DNA from: Azolla caroliniana
Lineage: Eukaryota; Plantae; Polypodiophyta
Length of the DNA stretch: 64,000 bases
Direction: 5' to 3'
NCBI GenBank assembly: GCA_043228905.1
Contig: JBHGNT010000020.1
Coordinates: 15,562,001 to 15,626,000 of the forward strand
Part shown: positions 53,646 through 64,000 of the stretch, piece after piece
Layout of the letters: the number at the start of each line of letters is the position of its first letter
Position numbering within the stretch: position 1 is the stretch's first letter
Notes under the pieces: generated by a model
Databases searched by the model: none
Seen by the model: the letters and a program-made list of their open reading frames with translations, nothing else
Told to the model about the DNA's origin: nothing
Translations under genes and position numbers: made by a program

Positions 53646-56600
53646 TTCCATTTGCAAGCTCGATCGGGGGTGGAGGCTGTGTAATACGTCTTGCGATGGT
53701 GTTCTCTTGATAGGGTTTGAGGGGAGAACTATGAAACACCGGATGTATTCGAAGTTGCGGAGGTAGATCGAGACGAAAAGCGACATCATTAATCTTTCCT
53801 ATAATACGGAAAGGACCTAATCGCTGATAATCCAACTTCTTGCATGGGCGAGTAGTCTTGAAGTGTCGTCGTAGTAGCCATACCCGATCTCCAATGTTAA
53901 AACTGGATGGAAGTCGATGACGATTTGCGTAAACCTTGTGTGTTTGTTGAGCCTGTTGGAGATGAGTAGATAAATCGGCTTGTATCTTGCGTAACCGCAC
54001 TAAACGATCCTCTGCGCAAGGATTTGTGGACAACTCTAGGGTTTCAAATACACACCACCGGGGGTGACAACCACCCGTATAAGCATAAAATGGCGTAACT
54101 TTAGTCGATGCATGGGCAAAGTTATTATAGGCAAATTTGGCGAAGTGGAGAATATCTGCCCAGTCATCCTGATGATAGCTTAGAAAGCATCGAAGATACT
54201 GCTCCAGCATTTGATTTGTTCGTTCTGTTTGGCCATCGGTTTGCGGGTGGTAGCCGGAGGAGAGGTTACAAGTGACCTTGAGCATTTTAAAAAGGTACTT
54301 CCAGAATTTCGATACGAACTGGGGTCCACAGTCGCTGATGATACTATCGGGAAGGCTATGATGTCGACATACTTCACGCATGACAATTTCAACGGTTTCT
54401 TCACTGGATATTTCCTTAGTACATGGCAAGAAATGAGCCATCTTCGTATATCGATCTACGATTGTTAGAATCGCATTGAACCCCTTAGAGACTGGAAGAT
54501 TTGTGATGAAGTCTAGAGCAATGGATTGCCATAGCTTGCTTGGAATTGGTAATGGTTCTAATAAACCATATTGTAATCCATCTTGTCCGTACCTGGTGGT
54601 TGCGATTGTGAACAAGATGCTCGAGAGGGATCAATTTGTGCTAGAATGGCTTGGGCGAAAGCATTGGTCTTCAAGTCCTCACGTATAGTATCGGTAATGT
54701 GTGAATCCATGGGCATGCCAAAGACTTGTGTTGCTTGCAGTCGTGTCGGTCCCAAGATTACTTGCTTTTGGTTATCAAAAGCTGGCTCGCCGAGGCGCGG
54801 TGCTAGGTACGAACGCCGTGATAATGCATCTGCCTTCCCTTGGTGCTTCCCCAGACGATATGTAATTTTGAAGTCAAAACGCCTGAGGAAGTGGGCCAAT
54901 CGAGCTTGACGTCGATTTAACACACGAGCGTCCTGAAAGTAGGCAAGGTTTTTGTGGTTATTGAATACGATGACTTGATGAGAGGATCCCTCTAGAAAAT
55001 GCCTCCATTGCATAAAAGAGTCCACTATTGCCAATAGCTCCTTATCATGAATTTCGTAGTTGATTTCGGCGGTGTCAAACTTGCGTGAGTGAAAAGCCAC
55101 AAGATGTAGCTTCTCATCATTACCTCGTTGTGATAGAATGCTCCCTAATGCGAAATCCGATGCGTCTGCTTCGATAATGAATGGTTTTTCTAGATCGACA
55201 TGAGCTAGAATTGGAGCCGATGTAAATGCCTTTTTAAGACTTTCGAAAGCCATGTCCGCTTCTTTAGACCAAACGAACAATTGTCCCTTCTTGGTAAACT
55301 GTGTGAGAGGCATAACGAGCTTTGAGTAATCCTGTATGAACTTCTGGTAAAAATTGGCAAAGCCTAAAAAGCATTGCACATCTCGCACCGAACACGGAGT
55401 CTGCCACTCTACCACAGTTTTGACCTTAGCTGGGTCCATGGAGATGCCTTCCAAGGAAATGACATAGCCCAGAAATTCCACTTGGTTGCACCCAAAACTA
55501 CATTTTTCCAACTTTGCATAAAGACCATGTTCTCGAAGTCGTTTTAGTACTAACAATACATGAGAATCATGCTCTTCTTGTTGTAGACAAGGCCGTCAAT
55601 GCGGAAGATCAAGTAGCATTCGATTGGGGTTGAGTACCTGCGTATGGCAGTTTCCAAGATCGTGCACAGAGAGAGAGAGAGAGAGGAGGCACAAAAGACT
55701 CTTTCTATTCAATAGAAACAATAATACAACCAACCTTACAAAAAGGTTACTAGGTCACTTTATATAGTGACAGACTTAGGGCAACTACCATTTATGCTAA
55801 TTACACAAATGGCCCAAACTTGAGCTATACAAAGGGATAGTGTGAATACGTCCATTATACACTTGTATTCGACACTCCCCCGTAATGGGCGTATACATGG
55901 GTTATCTAAGATTACAGGTATAAACCTAGGTTCTCGGACATATCAGTTTTGTTCGAGTCGGCAGGGTCCGAAGGCAGAAGACCGGACTGGTCGGGTCGGA
56001 AGAGTTGAAGCCGATCATTAAGGAATTGATGTCGGTTGTCTGAAACCATCCTACGCTGTGTCCGGCTCTAACCGGACTGGTTTGTCGTTACGCCCATCTG
56101 ATGCCGAAGGGACCGAAAGCGGTCTGCCGAAAGACACTTGGTCATTCCATCTGCGACATTGTCGGTTGTAGATATTTTCTCTAGACCGATTTTCCCTGAA
56201 ATGACGCAGTCCCGAACGAAGTGATATCGAACGTCGATATGTTTGGAGGCGTTGTGGTGAACCGGATTTTTCGACAAGGCAACAACACCTTGACTGTCGC
56301 TATAGACAACTGGGGCCGAGTCATGGTCGACTTGTCGAAACGTGTGCGCCAGCCGGCCGAGCCACAAAGCTTCTTTTGCAGCGTCGGACGCAGCTACATA
56401 TTCTGCTTCGGTCGTTGAGGTCGCTGTGCACTCCTGAAGTTTCGACTTCCACGAAATTGCTCCATTGCCGAATTTGAAGCAGTATCCAGTTGTTGATTTC
56501 CGACTGTCTATACAGCCGGCGAAGTCCGAGTCGGTGTAACCGACTACGCCCGAGGTTGAGTTCGGACCGAAAAGAATGCCGTGGTCTTTTGTGCCAGCCA

Positions 56601-59600
56601 GATATTTGAACACATGCTTGACTGCGTTCCAATGCGATTGGCCAGGATTGTGCATAAATCTGCTAACGACTCCTACGGCATGAGAAATATCAGGCCGTGT
56701 CGCGACCATCAGGTACATAAGGGAGCCGCCTGCCGGTGCATACGGTACCGACTTCATATCTTCCCCCTCCGGACCGGATGTCGGGCAGTCTCGCTGAGAG
56801 AGCCGAAGATTCATGGGGAGCGGGGTTGAAGCAGATTTGGCTGATTGCATGTTGAAGCGTTCCAAGACACGTCCGATATAGTCGGTCTGAGACAAAAAAG
56901 ATGTCGTTTATCGCGATGCCGACTAATCTTCATGCCAAGTATGTGTCGTGCCGGACCGAGGTCCTTCATGGCAAACTTCAACCGCAATTGCCGAATGAGA
57001 TCGGCAAGTTCGCCCGCGTGGCGTCCAGAAATTAGCATGTCGTCCACGTAAATGATGAGGAAGATGGGTGATCCATCTTGAGCTGTGTTGGTGAAGAGAC
57101 AATGGTCCTCATCGCTTTTGGAGAAGCCGATCGATTGGATGAAGTCGTCGAACTTCTTGTACCATTGTCGCGGTGCCTGTTTGAGGCCGTATAGACTCTT
57201 CCTGAGTCGGCAGACTAGATGTTCTTGGCCAGTTGCCACGAAGCCTTTTGGCTGCTCCATATAAATTTCCTCTTCAAGATCACCATGGAGGAAGGCTGTT
57301 TTGACATCTAGCTGAATCAGCTCCAAGTTGTCGGCTGCCACTATGCCGAGTAGAAAACGAAGGGTTGTCATTTTCACCACTGGTGAAAAAATCTCGTCGA
57401 AGTCGACGCCATATTCTTGTCGGAAGCCCTTCGCAACTAATCTGGCCTTGTACTTTGGGGTGGTCGAATCAGACGTCTCTTTTAGTCGATAAACCCACTT
57501 GCAAGGAAGAGCACGTCGATTCTTAGGTAATTCGACCAGATCCCAAGTCTTGTTTGCCCGAATGGAGTGCATTTCCGACTCCATCGCCAGATGCCAGGTG
57601 GCTGAATCGACAGATGTCGATGCTTCTTCGTAAGACGTCGGTTCGCCGGCGTCGGTGAAGAAAATTCCAGGAGAATACCTCTCCGGAGGTTGCGACAGTC
57701 TCTCGGATCGTCGAGGTATGATTGGACTGGTCGTATCGGGTATCGAGGTCGGATGGTCCGAAAGCGAATTATTCTGCTGTGCCGAGTCAGAGTTGTCCGA
57801 GTCGGTAGTGGAAGGTTCAGCTACCCGTGAAGCTGACCGTGTGTTAAGAGCGGGGCCTTCTTGAAGGGTCGGCACATCGGAAAATGTTACCCTTCGGACT
57901 TCGATCGGTGTTTTGACTGATGGATTCATAGCCGACTCGTTGAACACAACGTCCGAACTTCGAACGATTTGTCTGCGTTCGGGGTCCCAGAGTCGGTATC
58001 CCATTTCGCCGTCTGATCCATATCCAAGGAAAATGCATTTCCTGGACCGAGGTGCAAGTTTTCAGCGATCATCTTTCGGAATAAGGGTGTACGCCTCGCA
58101 TCCGAAGATCCTCAGCTTGTCGTAATTCGGCTTACTGCCGATCCATAGTTCCTGAGGAATTTGAAGTCCTAGAGGTCTGCTTGGCGACATATTGATTATG
58201 TGTACTGCCGTGAGTAGAGCCTCTGCCCAGAAGCCATCCGACAGTCCGGAGTGTTGGAGCATGGAAACTATCCGTTCTTGGATTGTCCGATTCATGCGTT
58301 CTGCAATCCCGTTTTGCTCCGGACTGTGTGGTGCCGTAAATTCACGTCGGATGCCGCGTTGTCGGCAGAATTTGACGAATTCTTCTGATTTGAACTCTCC
58401 CCCATTGTCGGTCCGAAAGCATTTCAGTTTTCGGTCAGTTTGATTTTCTACCATAGCGAGCCAATCGGAGAAGATCGAGAAGACACGATCTTTGGTGCGA
58501 ATTGGATAAGCCCACACCTTTCGAGTCGAATCGTCAATGAAACTGACAAAGTAAGAGGCACCGCCGAGAGACTGATGCGGCATTGGGCCACAGACGTCCG
58601 AGTGGACTAAATCGAGAGGTCTCGTTTCTCTTGGTGCTGATGTCGGGTGTGATGCGGCTGCTTGTTTGCCATACTGGCAATGTTCGCAGAATTGATGGTC
58701 CGAGAAGGAGAGTTTAGGGATGTATCCGGCTCTAGATAGGTGCGTGATGCCGGCCTTGCTGAGGTGTCCTAATCTTCTGTGCCATAGTGATGACACAGGA
58801 ATATCCACCAAAAACAGGTTACCCTCTCTGAGCGTAACATGTAACGGATACAGTGAGTGTATCTTGGGTCCTCTAGCAAGCAGGAGGTTCCCCCTGTGGA
58901 GTGTCCACCCTCCCGAAGAAAAACCGGCACGAATGCCGTCTTCATCTAGTTGTCCGACTGAGATCAATGGCCTTGAGAGCTCGGGTACATGTCGGACATT
59001 GTGAAGTACAAGTGTAGAGCCACCTGCAAGGTTGAGCTCTACTGTGCCGATTCCAATGATGTCACAGTGTTGCGAGTTGCCGACTCGAACTGAGTCGGAG
59101 TGACGGATTGTATATTGCCGAAATTGGGATCGATGAGGAGTCACGTGAAATGACGCGCCCGAATCTAAGAGCCATGTGCTCGATTCTTCAGTCGTGAGCA
59201 GAACTTCTGATCCGACTGGATTTTCGATTGATAGTATATTCGGGTCGTTTGGTAGCACATCAGCTGAGAAGCTGACGTAATTGATCTCCTCATGCCGGCC
59301 ACTCTTCTTGTCTGATTTCTGAGACTTGTCGTTCTTGTTCTTGAGTGCGCGGCAGTCGGCTTTGATGTGTCCGGGTTTCTTGCAATAGTTGCAGATTCGA
59401 TTATCCCGTGACTGGCTCCGTCTTCGTTGATTGTTCGGCTGCCGTGAGGAATCTCTTCCTCGTATGTTCGATCGGTCTGTCGAACCTTGTACTACATAAG
59501 CGTCGTCTGTTGAGTCTTTGGCGAAAGACTTTCTCCGAGCTGCTTCGGTCAGGATTGCGCTCGTGACTTCGGAGTATTTAACAGCCGTGGTTGACGCGTT

Positions 59601-62262
59601 GCACACGGTAGTGACGAAAGTTTCCCATGATGAGGGAAGGCTGCTCATGAGTATCATTGCTCTGAGTTCATCCTCGATTGCCGTCCCCTGAGATGAGATT
59701 TGGGAGCTGCATCCGAATCGTGGCGCGGACGATTCTGTCCAGCTTCTGCCACTCAATTGGTTTGTATCCTTCTGGAGGTTCTTCATTTTCGATGGGATCG
59801 ATTTGCCCCTTGACTATGAGATAGTCCTGCATTTGCTCCTTCCAGAAGTTGAAGTTCGATCCATCGAACTTTCGTAGACTCATTTCTGACGAGCCGGATG
59901 TTGATGTCATGACTCTGCCCTAAGTCGGCTACGAACTTTGGTGAAGTGCAGCGGTTTGGCCCACTCAGTGTCGTTCTAGCCGAAGTTGGACACAAGTGAT
60001 ATTGATTACGGAGAATCGGGGATTTGGTTCGGATTGACTATCGACAACTGTCTTAGTCGAGTTGAACCTAGATTTAACGATCCGACAGTACTTCAAGCCG
60101 ATTCGGTTTCGGTTGACTGCAACGGTGAGAGCAATGGAACCGATTGGTCCTTCCGATTATTGTCCAATCGAATGAAACACGAACTGGGGTTGTCCTTGAA
60201 GTCGTCGTTGTGTAGGAAGCCCACCTCAAGCAGTTACGATCAAGGAAGTAGAGTACAGTCGACTGGCTTACTCCGAGTGATGATCTAACGCAGCGAGATT
60301 CAAGCTTGTGTTTGCCTACTTTCTTCTCTTTTTCTTCGAATGACGCAGGAAACCGAATGCTTTGCAGACTAGGATGAAGCGAAAGGCCGAATACTGTGCA
60401 GGCTGTGATGACGCGAAGAACCGAATGCTGTGCAGGCTGAGACGACGGCCGACAGCGGGTTGAGGAACCTTGCTCTGATACCAAATGTTGTAGACAAGGC
60501 CGTCAATGCGGAAGATCAAGTAGCATTCGATTGGGGTTGAGTACCTGCGTATGGCAGTTTCCAAGATCGTGCACAGAGAGAGAGAGAGAGAGGAGGCACA
60601 AAAGACTCTTTCTATTCAATAGAAACAATAATACAACCAACCTTACAAAAAGGTTACTAGGTCACTTTATATAGTGACAGACTTAGGGCAACTACCATTT
60701 ATGCTAATTACACAAATGGCCCAAACTTGAGCTATACAAAGGGATAGTGTGAATACGTCCATTATACACTTGTATTCGACACTTCTTGGGTCTTCAAATA
60801 AACCAGTCGATCATCCAAATAGATGATCAAACAAACATCCAAGAGATCTCGAAATATATCATTTGCCATGTGCTGGAAGATTGCTAGCGCATTAGTGAGG
60901 CCAAACGGCATGGCCGTATACTCGAAGTGCCCATATCTGGTGCAAAACGCGGTCTTCCATTCATCTCCTGGCCGGATCTGTACGAGGTTATAGGCTCCCC
61001 GTAAGTCGATCTTCGTGAAGAACCTAGCACCATTGATCCGTTCTAAAAGACTTGAGATAAGGGGAAGTGCATACCTATTTCTGATTGTAACCTTATTCAA
61101 GCCACGATAATCTACAACGAGACGAAATGATCCATCCTTTTTCTTGACGAAGAAAATGGGTGCACCGACTGGAGATTTCGAATGCCGAATGAAACCATTT
61201 TCCAAATTCTCCTCTATATAGGCTCGCAAGACTTCTAGCTCGGTTGGTGACAAATTGTAGATCGGTCCCCATGGTGGCTCTTTCCCCGGTTGTAAATCGA
61301 TGGGGCAATCATACGGTCGATGGTGAGGAAGCGTATTGGCTTGTACTTTATCGAACACATCGGCATAATGATGATACTTCTTTGGAAGTTGAACGGTGGA
61401 CTCGTCTTTAATGGTGTCTAAGGGCTTTACTGATATTGCGAAGAGAAACATTTCTTCCTTGCGTCCTTCTTCCCGCAACTGATGTAGCGAAATGGTTGCA
61501 ATCTCATGAGTAGACCCTCGGGCTTTTCGATACCGGATTTCTCTTGTTCTCCAATCTATGTCTGGGTTATGTAATTCGAACCATGGTAAGAATTAGCTCC
61601 GGAATCTAGAAGTGCTAAGACATGTACTGGAGGGGTACTTTTAATACTAAATGTTACTTGGGCTACGAACACATTGCTAACTTGCTTAGAGGGAATGGAA
61701 CCACTAATGGGCTGTACAGATCTAGGGCTATCCAACCAAACGGCTCCTATTTTGGCTGGACTTAGTCGTTTAACTCTTCTTCTAACTGACTAAGGATATC
61801 AAATTTGTTCGCTAGATTTGGGCTATTATTACTATTAGGACTATCAGATATCCCTACTGAAATAGACTCGGGTTTAGTACAATCAGAACTAGCAACTATT
61901 TGGTTTACCTGCCTTCTTGGCCTATGGGGACAGTTTACCGTGATATGCCTTGGTCCACCGCAATAAAGACATAGTCGGTTTGCTCGGCGTCGTTGCTTTT
62001 CTTCTTCCGATAGCGGTCCACGACGACGTGTGGTGTCAATTTCCATCGAAGTTGGAGTACTTACTGGAGGCGCATTATATGACTCCCTCGGAAAAGGTTT
62101 CGCTACCACTGAGGCGTAGGTAGGCTCGGATCTTGCCCTTGGCATCTGGAAGTGACGTTCCGAATGCCGCTCGAAGAGGCGATTGTCGCATCTCACTGTG
62201 CGACTGATTGCTTCTATTAATGACTTTGGTTCTTCGGGAAAGATCAAGAGTAAATCTTTCCA
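53646..62262 (-). mobile_element. LTR-less chromovirus internal fragment (partial gag, RT, RNase H, integrase), split by a copia
   Basis: ORFs 61762..62247, 60762..61478, 54558..55556 and 53632..54615; RT rejoins across the copia as KTQE/EHDSHV. Confidence 0.85.
55579..60781 (-). mobile_element. Full-length but defective Ty1/copia with identical LTRs
   Basis: 296-bp LTRs at 55579-55874 and 60486-60781; TSD CTTCT; PBS-iMet 60472-60483; gag-pol 59910-56068 with a gag deletion/frameshift (about 59705), TGA at 58062-58064 and a 1-nt loss at about 56895. Confidence 0.95.
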
Positions 62263-64000
62263 TCAAGCCTTGCACGCATGTCTCACTTGCATGGCTTCTA
62301 TCTATCTCTTTGTCTTCTACATTAGAATAAATATGCAAGCTTGTTGCTCTTTCACTGATTCATATTGTTCTTCATGTTCAGCCACAATGTCTTCTAGCAT
62401 AGTACCTCTATCTAAAGCTTCATCGTTTGAGCTGCACATCTCCTCGTCCTCTTGTGCTAAGAGAGAGAGAGACTAGTGATCAAGAGGGAAAGTGAGGGAT
62501 AGAGAGAATGACTTCTTCTCAAGGGAGGGTCGTTCGTTCGGGCGTGCCAAAAGTGTTGTCGGGAGGGGGGTGAAGCCATTCTAGGCTTCACTCCCCACCC
62601 CGACAACAATAAGCTCCCAAGCCCAGTGTCAGTCGGAGTCATTGATGGACGCCCCATAACATCAGGAGATGTAGTTGAAGAGTCTGAACCAATTCATGTA
62701 GTCCTAGGCAATTTGGCTAGTGTCATCTCATTCAACATCATTAGTAGTCCAGAGCACTTCCTAGTTCTTGGTCTTCCATGGTTTGAGCTACATAACCCAA
62801 CTATTGATTGGAGAAAAAGAACCATTGAAGAAGTCACAATACAGTCTGAGCCTCGTAAAACTCCAACAAAGGCTATGACATTCCAAAATATTTCGACAAT
62901 CTCTATACATCAATTACGTGAGGAAGGACGGAAGGAAAACATGTTGGTGTTCGCAGTTTTAGCAACTCCCACATCGAGCTCACAAGAATCGGGGGTCCAA
63001 CTACCAAAGAAATATATAGAATTCTCCGATGTTTTTGATAAGGTGAAGGCCAATAGACTACTAGAGCATCGACCATATGATTGCCTGATTGATTTGCTGC
63101 CAGAAAAGAGCCTCTACAGGGGCCAATTTATAACCTTTCACCCACGGAGTTAGAGGTTCTTCGGGAATATATCGATGAGAACTTGGCGAATGGGTTTATG
63201 CAGCATTAAGATCTCCTGCTGGCGCACCCATATTTTTTGTTAAGAAGAAAGATGGTTCGCTTCGTCTGGTCGTGGATTATCGAGGATTGAATAAAGTAAC
63301 TATTTGAAACTGATATGCTCTACCATTGATTTCGAGCCTTCTAGAACGCCTCAATGGAGCTAAGTATTTCACAAAGTTAGATCTTCGAGGTGCTTACAAT
63401 CTTGTTCGAATTTGTCCTGGGGATGAATGGAAGACTGCTTTTCGTACTCGATATGGCCATTTTGAGTATACAATGATGCCATTTGGTCTCACGAATGCAC
63501 CAACAGTTTTCCAACATATGGCGAATGACATTTTTTGAGATTTCCTCGATATTTTCGTCATAATTTACCTAGATGATATCTTGATCTACTCAAAAACTCA
63601 AGAGGATCATGATATACACGTTCGACAAGCTTTGCAACGGTTGCGTGAATATGGCCTCTATGCAAAATTGGAGAAGTGCAGTTTTGACCAGCATCAAGTG
63701 GAATTTTTGGGGTACATAGTCTCTTCACATGGCATCTCTATGGATCCAGCAAAGGTTCAAACAGTTTTGGATTGGCAAACACCACAGTCTGTGCGAGATG
63801 TACAATGTTTTTTAGGGTTCGTAAACTTTTATCATAAGTTCATCAAAGATTATTCAAAGATCGTATTGCCCCTCACTCAACTGACACAGAAGAATCGACC
63901 ATTTGTGTGGAGTATAAATGCAAACTCTGCATTTGAAGGATTAAAGCAAGCATTTACATACGCACTAATTTTGATGCATGTTGATCCATTGAAGCGCTTT

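Larger units (their letters stand above)
51391..62608 (-). mobile_element. 11.2-kb composite LTR-type insertion with hairpin termini
   Basis: TSD ATAAG at 51386-51390 and 62609-62613; TG..CA ends; PBS-like TGGCACGCCC at 62540-62549; long non-coding, low-complexity region at about 51700-53640. Confidence 0.75.
36687..64000 (+). mobile_element. Host chromovirus-type gypsy (gag-PR-RT) in three pieces: 36687-37075, 50742-51390, 62609->64000
   Basis: Coding sequence rejoins across both insertions: AVSRAV/RCDNHLFERR and HNIQLHK/LPSPVSVGVIDG. Motifs [30 protein letters not shown] and YLDD; multiple stops. Confidence 0.88.

Overview
This is eukaryotic nuclear DNA from a land plant, probably a seed-free plant such as a fern. 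That is an inference from a nuclear peptidoglycan PBP gene, a plastid insert with apparent unedited sites, and the TE types. The first 22 kb holds two intron-rich minus-strand genes. (1) A class A penicillin-binding protein (plastid peptidoglycan synthase type) with an intact transglycosylase but all three transpeptidase catalytic motifs lost. (2) An 830-aa Hsp110-type HSP70 with an intact, very young Ty1/copia in intron 5. A plastid DNA insert (group II intron domain V fused to psaA) lies between them. From 23.5 kb onward the window is nested transposons. The standout is an 8.6 kb TIR DNA transposon (23787-32430) with a Sola-like DDE transposase. It carries a divergent spliced cargo gene that reads as a ParB-like domain fused to a beta-class N6A/N4C DNA methyltransferase, plus a cluster of palindromes in the cargo intron. 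Further right are GC-rich tRNA-Trp-primed gypsy elements with 4-bp TSDs and a candidate -1 frameshift, chromovirus fragments and a defective copia with identical LTRs. Exon boundaries, family assignments and LTR comparisons were made by eye, with no database searches.
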